Counted from the first letter of the stretch, positions 39,036-49,249 are shown. The stretch: 64,000 bases of DNA from an uncultured delta proteobacterium (GCA_963755125.1 CAVWIP010000012.1:256001-320000), one strand, 5' to 3'. Made by a program: numbers and translations. The notes: generated by a model from the letters alone, not told the origin.

Positions 39036-39712
39036 AGCCGATCGGAGGGTGGGGTCGATGCACCGGTGCCGTCGTGATCGCCATGGTTGCATATGCCGCC
39101 GCAGTTCCTGGCTGTTCGTGCGGCAGTGGGACGTGTAATCCCGACCCGTTGCACACCGGCATCACCGACCAGGCCAACACCGACTCCTACGACTGCCTGC
39201 TGCTTCATTTTACACAGAAATACAGTGAGCCCGACGCGATGATCTTCAAGGCAATCATCTACGTCGAGTCGCGATTCCAGGTGGACGCAGCGGGTTGCCC
39301 AAACTTGCCCTGCGGTATCCCCCCGGGCTGGTCCGCGGCTGAATCGGAATGTTTCGGTCTGATGCAGATCGTGCCCGCATGCAACCCGCGTCCGGGCGAT
39401 CTGGGTCTGCTCTCGAGTGGACACCCCAACTTGACCACCAGTGAAGCCCAACCCCTCTGGTCAACATCCATCTTCAATCCGGCCATCAATATCGAGCGCG
39501 GCATCGCTGGCATCGCAGACAATCGACGCCAGGTCGTGGCCCAGTTCCCCGGTTGCACCGAGGAACAGTACACATTGATGGCCATCGGCAACTACAACAG
39601 CTATGGCAGCACCACGAGTTGCACCACGTACAACACGAGCTATGACGATGTGGTTCTGGCTCGCTATGACACCTACTGTGCCGCTTCGGGGTGGACGCCG
39701 CATCCCTATTGA
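39032..39712 (+). CDS. Cys-rich secreted SLT-type lytic transglycosylase-like protein
   Basis: GTG start overlapping the upstream TGA; AIIYVES (catalytic Glu), GLMQI, FNPAINIERG, GNYNS. Confidence 0.78.
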   Translation: MKPIGGWGRCTGAVVIAMVAYAAAVPGCSCGSGTCNPDPLHTGITDQANTDSYDCLLLHFTQKYSEPDAMIFKAIIYVESRFQVDAAGCPNLPCGIPPGWSAAESECFGLMQIVPACNPRPGDLGLLSSGHPNLTTSEAQPLWSTSIFNPAINIERGIAGIADNRRQVVAQFPGCTEEQYTLMAIGNYNSYGSTTSCTTYNTSYDDVVLARYDTYCAASGWTPHPY

Positions 39713-39825
39713 GGGCGGGGGGTGCAATCAGAGCCGAAGATGCAACTTTGAGTCACCGTGCCGCTCACGATTGAGGGGCATCCACCAACGGAGAACATTG
39801 TTCCCGGTACCACGGTTTCGAAAAA

Positions 39826-39994
39826 GAGGTCACTGTTGGCGCGCTGGATGACGGTAACCGCGCCGTACTGGCCGCTGGGAATGCCCCGATCCGCCAGGCG
39901 CTTGCGGCAGTTGGCTGCCACGTTGTCGGTGAAGATGCGCAGGACTTGGCCCAGTAGTTTCCCGTCGAAGGCCAACGGAAATCCTTAGTTGAGC
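39826..39994 (-). pseudogene. Short IS91-family (Y2) transposase remnant
   Basis: LR/FPLAFDGKLLGQVLRIF...GAVTVIQRANSDL resembles the IS91-type segment preceding the HUH motif; both ends are missing. Confidence 0.6.
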
Positions 39995-40029
39995 AAGTCG
40001 ACGCGGGCCCACCTCCCGCCTTCCCCTCC

Positions 40030-41307
40030 CTACGTCCCCGCCCGAACCAGCGGCGGCGCCGGCTTTCCCGCCACGCGCTCGCGCACGGCTTGTACCACGT
40101 CCAGGCCAGTTGCGGCTTTCAGTTGCTCGCTCATTGCAATCAGCTTGCCGGCTAGATCGCCACTGCCGCCGTTGCCGCCAATTCCGCCCAGCACGGTCAG
40201 ACGATCCACCTTCAGATCGCCGGCGCTGCTCATCACGATGCGCATCAGATCGTTCACCTTCTGCATGAGGAACACCTGGCGCGCGTTGTCGCCCACCCGG
40301 CGCCAGGTCGTCGCGATCTCCTGCATGGCCGATGCAGTGGCGCGGCCCTGCTCGACGATACTCGCGGCCTCGCCCTTGGCGGTGGCCTCGGCCGCGGCCT
40401 TCTGCGCGCGCGCCGGCTCCAGCACGTCGGCTTGTAACTGGCGGCGCACCTGCTCGACGCGCGCTTTTTGCACGTCCAGTTCAGCCTGGGCACGCGCCAG
40501 CTTGGAAGCCACCTGGCCCTTGGCCTCGGCCACCATGGCCACGGCCTTGGTCTGCGCGTCGGTCACCCGCCGGGCCATGTCCGCTCGCAAGGTGCCAAGC
40601 TGCGCGTCCAGGCGGGAGATCTCCGTGGTCTGATGATTCTGCGCCGCCTGGATGGCGGAGTCGGCCTTGTTGCGGGCCTCGGCAATGGCGGCGTGCTTCT
40701 GCACCTCGGCTGATTGCTTGCGGCCGATGCTGTCCAGGTAGTTCACGTCGTCGGACACGTCCTGGATCTTCAGGGTGTCCAGCTCCAGGCCGATGTGGCG
40801 CAGATCCTCTTCGGCCTCGGTCAGCAGCGACTGTGCGAACTTGATCTTGTCGGCGTTGACCTCCTCGGGGGTCAGCGTGGCCAGCACGCCGCGCAGGTTG
40901 CCTTCCAGGGTTTCCTTGGCCACCGCCATGATGCGCGCGCGGTCCACGCCCAGAAAACGCTCGATGGCATTGTCGAGCATGGGCTGCTCGCCCGCGACTT
41001 TCACGTTAGCGATGCCGTGCACATTGAGCGGGATGCCGCCCTTGGAATACGCGCCGGTGACCGCCAGCTCGATGGGCATGTTGGTCAGGTCCATGCGGTC
41101 CACCGCCTCGACCAACGGCCGGCGCACGCGGCGGCCGCCCTTGATGATCTGATAGCCGACCACGCGTCCGGTGGCGAGCACGCGGCGCGCGCCCGAGAAG
41201 ATGAGCACCTCGTTGGGTTGGCAGATGTAGAGCAGACGGGTCATGACGATGAGCAGGACGATGCCGGCCACCACGCCGACGCCGATGAGCAAGCCGAGGC
41301 TAGTCAT
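40030..41307 (-). CDS. Flotillin (SPFH domain) family protein
   Basis: ICQPNEVLIFSG, AIERFLG, ETLEGNLRGVLATLTPEEVN, YLDSIGR, AEA-rich coiled coil. Confidence 0.92.
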   Translation of the reverse strand: MTSLGLLIGVGVVAGIVLLIVMTRLLYICQPNEVLIFSGARRVLATGRVVGYQIIKGGRRVRRPLVEAVDRMDLTNMPIELAVTGAYSKGGIPLNVHGIANVKVAGEQPMLDNAIERFLGVDRARIMAVAKETLEGNLRGVLATLTPEEVNADKIKFAQSLLTEAEEDLRHIGLELDTLKIQDVSDDVNYLDSIGRKQSAEVQKHAAIAEARNKADSAIQAAQNHQTTEISRLDAQLGTLRADMARRVTDAQTKAVAMVAEAKGQVASKLARAQAELDVQKARVEQVRRQLQADVLEPARAQKAAAEATAKGEAASIVEQGRATASAMQEIATTWRRVGDNARQVFLMQKVNDLMRIVMSSAGDLKVDRLTVLGGIGGNGGSGDLAGKLIAMSEQLKAATGLDVVQAVRERVAGKPAPPLVRAGT

Positions 41308-42632
41308 GGCCGCACCTCCTTGCCGCCGAGGCCGGCAGCCGCGGGCGAAGGCTGACCCGCCTGGCGCGCGAGCAGCGCCGTGATGTCCACACCGGTCGTG
41401 GCAAACAGCGAGCGCAGCACCTCGGCCACCGCCGCCGGGTAGGACGCGGCAAAGCGGGGCAGGGCCTGCCCGTCGCCGCCGTCGATTAGGTGCACCGGAC
41501 CCAGCTTGATGCGCTGGACGGCGTCGACCACGATCTTGGTGATGTCCTCAATCTTGTTGATGAGGAACATGTCCTGCGCGGACGGCCCCGCCTTGGTCCA
41601 GGCGTCCGCCACCAGCCCCAGCGACTCTGCGGTGGCGCGGCCGTTTTCCGCGGTGGGCGCAGCCGCGCCGGCAGCGGCCAGGGCCGCGGCTTCGCGCTGG
41701 ATGTCGGCGGGCACCACCACGTCGCTCTGCAGGCGCAGGGCCTCCAGATCGCGGCGCACGCCTTCCAGATCCTGCATGGCGAGCGCGTGGGCCGCCAGGG
41801 CACCGGCCTCGGCGCGTTCCTCGATGGACTTGGCCTCGGCCTCCAACTCGGCGGCGATGCGGCGCACGTCATTGCGGCGCTGGGCGATGGTGCGCTCGGC
41901 CTCGGCCTCGGCCACCTTCGCACGCATCTCGGCCGCTGCGGCTTCCTTGGCCGCCTCGTTGTGCGCGTTGGACTCGGCGATCTCGGCGTCCTTGACCACC
42001 TGGGCGATCTGCCCGCGGCCGATGCTGGCCAGGTAGTTGGCGTCGTCGGTGACATGCTGGATCTTCAGCACGTCCAGGTGCAGGCCCAGCTTGGCCAGGT
42101 CGTGCTCCACTTCTTGCGAGAGCGACTCGGCGAATTTCAGGCGATCCTCGTTGACCTCCTCGGGGGTCAAGGTGGCCAGCACGCCGCGCAGGTTGCCTTC
42201 CAGGGTTTCCTTGGCCACCTGCTGGATGTCGCCCAGGCCGCGGCCCAGGAAGCGCTCCACCGCGTTCATCACCACCTTGGGGTTCGACGAGATCTTGGTG
42301 ATGGCGATGGCGCGAACCCGCAGCGGGATGCCCACGCGCGTGTAGGCGCCGTTGATGGAAACGTCGATGGGGATGCTGCGCATGTCCATGCGCTCGACGG
42401 TCTCGATGATCGGCAGGCGCATGGCCCAGCCGCCGGTCACCACGCGATAGCCGACCTGCGAGCCGTCCTCGGTGCGCCGACGCCGGCCGGAAATCACCAG
42501 GAGCTGATTGGGTCGACAGATATAGAGAAAGTGGCTGATTATGCCCAGCAGGATCAGAAACGCCGCTCCGATCACCAGACCCGCCACCGCGGCTGCCACG
42601 GGATTCATTGTCGCGTCGGCTACTTCAGTCAC
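41304..42632 (-). CDS. Flotillin (SPFH domain) family protein
   Basis: ICRPNQLLVISG, AVERFLG, ETLEGNLRGVLATLTPEEVN, YLASIGR. Confidence 0.92.
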   Translation of the reverse strand: MTEVADATMNPVAAAVAGLVIGAAFLILLGIISHFLYICRPNQLLVISGRRRRTEDGSQVGYRVVTGGWAMRLPIIETVERMDMRSIPIDVSINGAYTRVGIPLRVRAIAITKISSNPKVVMNAVERFLGRGLGDIQQVAKETLEGNLRGVLATLTPEEVNEDRLKFAESLSQEVEHDLAKLGLHLDVLKIQHVTDDANYLASIGRGQIAQVVKDAEIAESNAHNEAAKEAAAAEMRAKVAEAEAERTIAQRRNDVRRIAAELEAEAKSIEERAEAGALAAHALAMQDLEGVRRDLEALRLQSDVVVPADIQREAAALAAAGAAAPTAENGRATAESLGLVADAWTKAGPSAQDMFLINKIEDITKIVVDAVQRIKLGPVHLIDGGDGQALPRFAASYPAAVAEVLRSLFATTGVDITALLARQAGQPSPAAAGLGGKEVRP

Positions 42633-43231
42633 GATTCCTCCTTCCCAAAATCTTGGTTGTCTTCCGTCCCAGAGTTGAGAGCAGCGGGGGTCGGCTCTAC
42701 CAGTGCGGTCAAGCCACGCATGCCCACGACCAGCACAGTGCTTTGCGCTGGAATCTCGGTTTCAAGATCGGTTTCTGCCAGCAGGTCAGTCTCAACGCCG
42801 CCGATCGACAGGCGTATCTTGCTGCGTGCGCCCCGTCGCAGCGGGAGCAGCAGCTTGCCCTCGCGGCCGATGTGGCTGCTGGCCTCGGGCAGCACGCCCA
42901 CCGCATCGCGGGTCAGGCGGCCGAGCGCCCAGCTCGCACCCCAGCCCGAGCCAACGCCGCCAGTCGCCGCCAGCCAGGGAATCAGGGACGTCGGAGTTCC
43001 ACCCAGGGTCAGGGCCACGCCGGCCAGGCCGAAGAAGGTCACGCCCCAGGTCCAGAAACGCAGGCTCAGGAATGGCAGCCGTCCGGCCCAGTCATGGTGT
43101 CCGGCATGATCCGTGCCGGCGTGGGTATCACCCATGTGGGCGTCGCCGCCGCCGCTGTCGTGCCCGCCGAACACGGAGGCGCCCAGCACGACGCCGCCAG
43201 CCAGCAGACATACAATGTAGGCAGAGAGCAT
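42629..43231 (-). CDS. NfeD-like membrane protein (flotillin partner)
   Basis: TM helix, His/Asp-rich loop, PFLSLRFWT, C-terminal OB-like region; translationally coupled to flotillin. Confidence 0.8.
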   Translation of the reverse strand: MLSAYIVCLLAGGVVLGASVFGGHDSGGGDAHMGDTHAGTDHAGHHDWAGRLPFLSLRFWTWGVTFFGLAGVALTLGGTPTSLIPWLAATGGVGSGWGASWALGRLTRDAVGVLPEASSHIGREGKLLLPLRRGARSKIRLSIGGVETDLLAETDLETEIPAQSTVLVVGMRGLTALVEPTPAALNSGTEDNQDFGKEES

Positions 43232-43249
43232 GGGCGGAAGAGTGAGGAA

Positions 43250-44899
43250 TCAAACCACGAACCGCCCGCGGGATCTAGCGCGTGAGGAGCCGGCGAGCTT
43301 TGCTCGCCGCGGACCATCGCGGGAGGGGTTCGGAACCCTCCCAGGGTTCCCATGGGAATTGTCAGGGCGTCGGCGAATCAGGTGAGCGGCGGCGAGTGCG
43401 ACACCCAGCAAACCAGGCCAAAAGCCGGCATCTCGATCAGAAACGCTTCGACAGGCACACCCGCCGTCCAACATTCTGGGGGCCTTCCGATCGGCCGCGC
43501 CGTCGGAGATCGACCCGCTTGACCCGTCTCCATCGCTGATCGCGGTTGCATCCGAGGCCGAGCCGCCATCTTGGCCCGAAGTTCTGCCAGCGCTCGCGTC
43601 CCCGCCGCCATCATTTCCGCCGCTGGCCGCACCGCCAGCCCCAGCGGTGCCATCACTTTCACTGCCGCTTCCGTCGGCATTGCCGCCGCTAGCGCCCGCG
43701 TTTGCGCTGCTGTCGCTGGCAAGAGAGCTGTCCAGGTCCGGAGCGTCGACGTCGGCTTCGTTGCTGCCCGTCGCGTCCCGTACTTCTCCGCTGTCCTTGA
43801 TGCTGCTCGGGGCATCGTCGCTGGCCGCCCACCCCGTGTCGCCTTCAGCATCGAGGTCGGGCTCGCTGCCGGCTCCGCGGAAATCACGCGAACCGCCGTC
43901 GGCAGAACCGTCGGTTGTTGCCCCTCGGCCGGCAGTGTCGGCTCCGGCCTCGGCCTGTCCCCCGCCTGCGTCGGTGCGCAAAGGCATTCCCTGACAGGTT
44001 GGCTGCCGAAGCATGGTCTCGCCCTGGCACACAGTCGACCAGGTGCCAACGCCGTCCCCGGGGTTGGTGGGAAATCCGGTACACGCAGCGGTCGGATTCC
44101 AGCCGCTGGCGTCGTGGCAGGGTGTCAGATCGACGCCCGACTGCTGCTCGGCCCAGGCCACGTGGTAGGGGACGGACGTGTAGGTAGAGACGCGCGGGGC
44201 TACGTCGTTTGCCGAGATTGTCGGCGAGCAACAGTCCTCACCGATGAGACGCCAGGTGCTGTCAGGCATCTGGAAGAAGAGCGGCCCGCCCGAGTCGCCG
44301 TAGTACTCGCCGTCCTGGCTCCCGGTCGTCACGTCGATGTCGACCTGGTCAGCAGCGGCGCTCTCGATGGTCCCCTGGATCCACTTCTTGGCCCCGTAGG
44401 TGCTGCCCGTGGCACTGGTCACCCCGAACCCCACCTCCACGATGGCCTGGCCGGCTGCCAACTCGGACATTTCACAGGGAGCCATCACCGGAACTATGGG
44501 GATGCCCGTCACCTCCTCGGCGAGGGTGCACAAGCCGAAATCGTTGCTGGGGTGGGTGAAACACTGGGACACCGCCGCGGTCATCGCCCATTGATCGCGC
44601 GTTTCGCCCAGACCGATGGAGGTGGGCGGCGTGGGATTGCCGCTCTCGTCCACGAGGCAGTGCTTCGCCGTCACGACGACATGAGGGTCGACCAGCGTGC
44701 CGCTGCACCCCACCAATGGCCCAATCAGCATGATGGCGGTTGGCCACTCGCAGGTGGTCGCCAGATTCCCACCGACGATGGGCGACGCCGTTTCCGACAC
44801 CGGCAGCCTGCCGGGACGGCTCTCGCAGCCCGGCGAGAGCAAGCCTATGGCCGCAGTCGCAAGCAGGATCGCGAAAGATCGCAGGCAAGGCATCAACAC
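43250..44899 (-). CDS. Trypsin-like (S1) serine protease with acidic linker and MYXO-CTERM-like anchor
   Basis: PIVGG, VTAKHC, NDF, GDSGGP; GGCAC + hydrophobic + RRR. Confidence 0.9.
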   Translation of the reverse strand: MLMPCLRSFAILLATAAIGLLSPGCESRPGRLPVSETASPIVGGNLATTCEWPTAIMLIGPLVGCSGTLVDPHVVVTAKHCLVDESGNPTPPTSIGLGETRDQWAMTAAVSQCFTHPSNDFGLCTLAEEVTGIPIVPVMAPCEMSELAAGQAIVEVGFGVTSATGSTYGAKKWIQGTIESAAADQVDIDVTTGSQDGEYYGDSGGPLFFQMPDSTWRLIGEDCCSPTISANDVAPRVSTYTSVPYHVAWAEQQSGVDLTPCHDASGWNPTAACTGFPTNPGDGVGTWSTVCQGETMLRQPTCQGMPLRTDAGGGQAEAGADTAGRGATTDGSADGGSRDFRGAGSEPDLDAEGDTGWAASDDAPSSIKDSGEVRDATGSNEADVDAPDLDSSLASDSSANAGASGGNADGSGSESDGTAGAGGAASGGNDGGGDASAGRTSGQDGGSASDATAISDGDGSSGSISDGAADRKAPRMLDGGCACRSVSDRDAGFWPGLLGVALAAAHLIRRRPDNSHGNPGRVPNPSRDGPRRAKLAGSSRARSRGRFVV

Positions 44900-44986
44900 C
44901 CCATCTCTCTTCTCTTGAATTGCAGCACCAGCGCGCTGCCCAGTGGACGCACGCGGCGCAGTCTACTGCAGGGAGCGCCAATGGTC

Positions 44987-45367
44987 CTATGACTGGACGG
45001 AAATGATGTCACCGGCCAGATGCGCCAGCGTGTCCAGGCTGCGCCGCTGCCAATAGACCGTGGGGCTGGACAGAAAAACGATGCGATAGCGATCCTCGGC
45101 CGCCTGTTCCTCCAGGGTGCTTATCCACCACGCGAAGCTGTCGAGACACGAGGAGTTCATGAACTCAAGCCGGCGCAGGTCCACGCTGATTTCGGTCAGC
45201 GCCCGGCGCTGGGCTTCGGCGTGCAGAGTGCGCAAGAACCGGTCCAGGTATCTCTTCACCATCACGTCAGCCGTCCCACACAGCGCCACATCCATGCGAC
45301 GTCCCGTGATGCTGGCTTCCGCGCTGAAGTCGTTTCCCCGGACGGCCTCGTGCCAGGCCTTAACCAC
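44987..45367 (-). CDS. STAS/SiaC-like small regulatory protein
   Basis: VDLRRLEFMNSSC resembles the phosphorylatable SpoIIAA/SiaC motif; WQRRSL. Confidence 0.65.
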   Translation of the reverse strand: MVKAWHEAVRGNDFSAEASITGRRMDVALCGTADVMVKRYLDRFLRTLHAEAQRRALTEISVDLRRLEFMNSSCLDSFAWWISTLEEQAAEDRYRIVFLSSPTVYWQRRSLDTLAHLAGDIISVQS

Positions 45368-45619
45368 GCTGGCGATCCTTTCGAGGCTGGCCCCTTGTCT
45401 CGGGGCTCGGGCGGCCGCTGTGTGCAGTGTTCAGAACCACCACAGTCTTTCATCGGCAGCTACCACGGAGAAACTTGAGACTCCCGGTCGGCCGACGGCC
45501 TTCCCCCGCAGCCCGCCAACGTTTTTGTTGACCTTTCGCGGCAAATCTCCGGCGAGGGTGTGGACGGCGTCACCGTGCATCGGTCATAGTCACGCTTGAC
45601 GTGGCATCGTGGGGCAAAT

Positions 45620-47302
45620 ATGCGCGGCGCAGCTAGCCAACGCTTCGGCGCACCCATTTCATTGATCTTGGCGCTGGTCTTCCCGGCCATGATCGGGGCC
45701 GCGCTGGCCTTGGCCTACTACGGGTTCAAGCACGCCGAGGACGTGTCGCGCCCCATCGAGCAGCTCTTTCGCCAGGAATCGCAGGACTTCGCCGACGATC
45801 TCGCCAAGGCGGTGGAGGCCCGCATCGACAAGGAGTCCGTCTCCCTCTTCGACAAGATCGCTCAGGTCAAAGACGATCCGGCCGCAGCCGACCCCTGCGA
45901 TATCGACCCGGGCCCAGGAATCGAGTCGTTCGTCGTGCTCAACGCTGCAGAGAAAGTGGAATGCACATGGCCCAAGCTGCGCGAGGCCCCATCGCCCAAA
46001 CGTAAGGCTTCGGCAGAGCCGGCCGCGGCTCGCAACCCCTGGGCAGCCAAAATCAAGAATCTGGGCTGGGCCCAGGTGGACGTGGGCAACTTCGCCTACC
46101 ACCACGAGGTACTTGAGGGGGGCGGCTCGGTGCTGCTCGCCTACGCGACGCGACGCACGGAGAGCGGTCAAGCCTTCCACGTAGTGGCCAGCCTGAAGCT
46201 GGATTTCATGGGCAAGCACTGGTCCGAGGAGGAGCTGGCCCGGCGGCGCAAGAACCGCCGCGTGGCCATCGTGGACGAGAACAACGCGCTGGTGGCCGGT
46301 TCAGCCCTGGGTGGCCCTGAAGCCCGTCCGGGCGGTCGCTTCTTCTACGAAGGTCCCTTTGGCAAGGCGCTGTACCGATGGCGCATTCAAATGGTACCGC
46401 AGAACGCGGAGGCATTTCGCGCCCAGTGGGAACAGACCAAGGGAACCCGCCGCCTGCTCATCCTTTTGTCCACCGTCATCATCGCGGTGGGGCTGGGGAT
46501 CGTGTGGCTGGCCGTGGTGGCCGAGCGGCGGGCTTCGCGCATGAAGAGCGACTTCATCGCCAACGTGTCGCACGAACTCAAGACGCCGCTCTCGCTCATC
46601 CGTATGTTCGGTGAGCTGGTGGCGACCGGCCGGCACAAAGACGATCGCACCGCCCGCGAATACGGTGGCATCATCACGCGCGAATCGGAGCGGCTGTCGC
46701 ACCTCATCGACAATGTGCTGGACTTCGCTCGACTGGAACGGGGCAAGGCCAGCTATCACTTTGCCGAGGGCGACCTGGCCGAGGTGGTGGAGCGGGCGCT
46801 CGACGTGTGCCGCTACCGGCTGGACAAGGAGAAGATGAGACTGGAGACCGACTTCGAGCCCGAGCTGCCGTGCCTGCGCATGGACGACAACGGTATGACT
46901 CTCGTGACCCTCAATCTGGTCGACAACGCCATCAAGCACGCCGCCGAGGGGGGCAAGGTACTGGTGACCTTGCGTCGAGCGCCTGGTTTCGTTGTGCTGG
47001 GCGTGCGCGACTTCGGGCCCGGCGTGCCGCGCGACGAACACAACCGGATCTTCGAGCGTTTCTATCGCTCGCAAAGGACGCGTGAGCGCAACGTGCGCGG
47101 CAGCGGCATCGGCCTATCCCTGGTCAGGTACATCGTGGAGGCCCACGGCGGCCGCGTGGTGTTGACCAGCCCGGTCGCCAGCAAGCAGGATGGCCCCCCT
47201 GGCTCGCTGTTCGAGGTATTCTTGCCGGCACCCGTCGCGGCCAGCGCCAGGCCAAGCGCCGCCCAGGCGTCGGTCGACGCAACCCCAGCCGTCGAATCAT
47301 GA
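45620..47302 (+). CDS. Membrane sensor histidine kinase
   Basis: Two TM helices; [12 protein letters not shown]-box, [26 protein letters not shown]. Confidence 0.93.
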   Translation: MRGAASQRFGAPISLILALVFPAMIGAALALAYYGFKHAEDVSRPIEQLFRQESQDFADDLAKAVEARIDKESVSLFDKIAQVKDDPAAADPCDIDPGPGIESFVVLNAAEKVECTWPKLREAPSPKRKASAEPAAARNPWAAKIKNLGWAQVDVGNFAYHHEVLEGGGSVLLAYATRRTESGQAFHVVASLKLDFMGKHWSEEELARRRKNRRVAIVDENNALVAGSALGGPEARPGGRFFYEGPFGKALYRWRIQMVPQNAEAFRAQWEQTKGTRRLLILLSTVIIAVGLGIVWLAVVAERRASRMKSDFIANVSHELKTPLSLIRMFGELVATGRHKDDRTAREYGGIITRESERLSHLIDNVLDFARLERGKASYHFAEGDLAEVVERALDVCRYRLDKEKMRLETDFEPELPCLRMDDNGMTLVTLNLVDNAIKHAAEGGKVLVTLRRAPGFVVLGVRDFGPGVPRDEHNRIFERFYRSQRTRERNVRGSGIGLSLVRYIVEAHGGRVVLTSPVASKQDGPPGSLFEVFLPAPVAASARPSAAQASVDATPAVES

Positions 47303-48018
47303 GCACCAACCCGCCCGCCAACCATGCGCCCGCGCCCCGCCGGCGCATTCTCATCATCGAGGACGAGCCCGACATCGCACGCGGCCTGTCCGACGCGCTG
47401 GAGTTCGAGCAGTTCGAGGTCTTGACCACCGGCTATGGCCGCGAGGGGATCAAGATGCTGCAGGAACGCGGCGCCGATCTGGTCATCCTCGACCTCATGC
47501 TCCCGGACATCAACGGGTTCTCGGTGTGCGAGGAGATGCGCAGCAGCCATCCGGTGGTGCCCATCATCATGCTCACCGCGCGCTCGCAGGAGACGGACAA
47601 GATTCGTGGCCTCGAGGCGGGCGCTGACGACTACGTGACCAAGCCGTTCTCCGTCGGCGAACTGGTGGCGCGCATCAACGCCATCTTTCGCCGGCTGCAC
47701 CGCTCGGTTCACCTGGACGAAGCGGTTTCCATCGGCTCGGTCGTCGTGTATCCGCGCCGTCACGAGTTGGTGCGCAAAGGGAAATCCATCCCGCTGTCCT
47801 TCTACGAGGTGGAGCTGGTGCGTTTGTTGGTTGAACGCGCCGGCGAGCCGGTGAGTCGCGAGGAGATCCTGGAAAAAATATGGGGCGTCTCCGGCCACAG
47901 CCAGAGCCGGGCGGTGGACAACTTCGTGGTCAAGCTGCGCAAGAAGATCGAAGACGACGCCTCAAATCCGCGCCACATCGTCACCATCTACGGAATCGGC
48001 TACAAGCTGGTGGCGTAG
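47299..48018 (+). CDS. OmpR/PhoB family response regulator
   Basis: [24 protein letters not shown], winged-helix [11 protein letters not shown]...GIGYK. Confidence 0.95.
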   Translation: MSTNPPANHAPAPRRRILIIEDEPDIARGLSDALEFEQFEVLTTGYGREGIKMLQERGADLVILDLMLPDINGFSVCEEMRSSHPVVPIIMLTARSQETDKIRGLEAGADDYVTKPFSVGELVARINAIFRRLHRSVHLDEAVSIGSVVVYPRRHELVRKGKSIPLSFYEVELVRLLVERAGEPVSREEILEKIWGVSGHSQSRAVDNFVVKLRKKIEDDASNPRHIVTIYGIGYKLVA

Positions 48019-48088
48019 CGATTGGGACACGAAGACGGGAAAGAAACCGGGCCCGTGAGATGACGGCCGTCCCGCGGTGGCTTCTCGA

Positions 48089-48409
48089 TCACGCCCGCAT
48101 CAGCGCTCCCGCCTTCCTCGTAACACTCCTTCGCGGCGCCGGCGGCGGGAAGGTTTGGCCAACCGCTGCACAATATCTCTGCAGCGTAGATACCCGCACA
48201 TCGGCGCCCGCCTCGAGCTTGCTCACAACCGACGCCGCCGTGCCCATTCTGGCCGCGACCAGGGTCTGGCTGAACCCCAAAGCGGTGCGCTTGGCCGCCA
48301 AGACACGCGCCATTGCACGACGGCGCTCAGCCTCGGCAACAAGGTCGGGGAACCGCGGGTTCTTCCGAGTGCGTTGCGAAATCACTTCGTCCAAGAAATC
48401 CCTCGCCAT
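48089..48409 (-). CDS. XRE-family HTH antitoxin (HigA-like)
   Basis: RTALGFSQTLVAARMGTAASVVSKLE...VSTLQRY; downstream of a RelE-like toxin. Confidence 0.85.
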   Translation of the reverse strand: MARDFLDEVISQRTRKNPRFPDLVAEAERRRAMARVLAAKRTALGFSQTLVAARMGTAASVVSKLEAGADVRVSTLQRYCAAVGQTFPPPAPRRSVTRKAGALMRA

Positions 48410-48414
48410 CAGGA

Positions 48415-48445
48415 ATAGTATTACGCTTCAAGGCGATGGCGTCAA
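48415..48445 (-). promoter_or_regulatory. Internal sigma70-like promoter for the antitoxin (TTGACG...TAATACTAT)
   Basis: TTGACG at 48445-48440 and an AT-rich -10 region at 48423-48415, a few nt before ATG 48409. Confidence 0.5.
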
Positions 48446-48461
48446 GACGATAGCTCAAACG

Positions 48462-48821
48462 CTATGGCTGTCGTCCCCCACGCTCACGCCAGTCCCTCAG
48501 TCGGGAGTGTGCCAACTTTAATTCCCCAAGTGGCGTCTTACGGCTCTTTTTGGAAAAGACCGACAGGGAAAGCAGAATGAATTTCGTCTCCTGCGAGAAG
48601 AGGATTCGGAACGCGCGACGCTCTGAATCGGCGCGCACTTCATACACATCATCGCGAAGATGGCGGGCGCGGGCGAGTCCGTGCTTCGCCACATCCTTCA
48701 TAGCGGCCACCACCGCGGCCGCTTCCTCATCGCTCAATCTATCGAGAAACACCTTCACCGGACGCGCACCGCTGGCCGTCCGGTAGTCCCGCCATCTGAA
48801 TCTATGGGTGTGCGGCTTCAT
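48462..48821 (-). CDS. Type II toxin, RelE/ParE superfamily (HigB/Gp49-like)
   Basis: YRTASGARPVKVFL...RHLRDDVYEVR...FRILF...FSKKSRKTP..EL. Confidence 0.88.
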   Translation of the reverse strand: MKPHTHRFRWRDYRTASGARPVKVFLDRLSDEEAAAVVAAMKDVAKHGLARARHLRDDVYEVRADSERRAFRILFSQETKFILLSLSVFSKKSRKTPLGELKLAHSRLRDWRERGGRQP

Positions 48822-48847
48822 GGTCTCAGAGGATCCAGTTACACCAG

Positions 48848-49249
48848 TTACGCAATCTTCTCCCGGACCACATCAGCGAACCAAAGATTCTTGGAGTCGT
48901 CGAGTCTCACGTGGAATCTGCGCCTGGCGGTGGGCTGTTTCAAGATGGCGCCCAGCCAGGGATAAGTCTGATAGATTCGCGACACCTGGATCCAGCGACC
49001 GCCGGCCTTGCCCGACCCTCCGCCGTCGAGGGTAACGGCATAGGCGTCGCGGTCCTTGGTCCTCCCATGAAACTCCACTCCCACGCGCTTCGCCTCGCTG
49101 TCAAAGTACAGGGTAGCTCGCTTGAGCTGATTCGCATGCGCGAGGCGAACCAACTCAGCATTGAAAGCGATCCCTGTCTTTCTGAAAGACATCGCCGGCG
49201 TTGACGCGTCAGTCTGCGCGTCGTCTCGTCTATGCTTTTCCCATGACAT
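48848..49249 (-). CDS. Hypothetical protein of atypical composition
   Basis: Open frame MSWEKHRR...; lower GC and AT-rich upstream region; no recognised family. Confidence 0.55.
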   Translation of the reverse strand: MSWEKHRRDDAQTDASTPAMSFRKTGIAFNAELVRLAHANQLKRATLYFDSEAKRVGVEFHGRTKDRDAYAVTLDGGGSGKAGGRWIQVSRIYQTYPWLGAILKQPTARRRFHVRLDDSKNLWFADVVREKIA

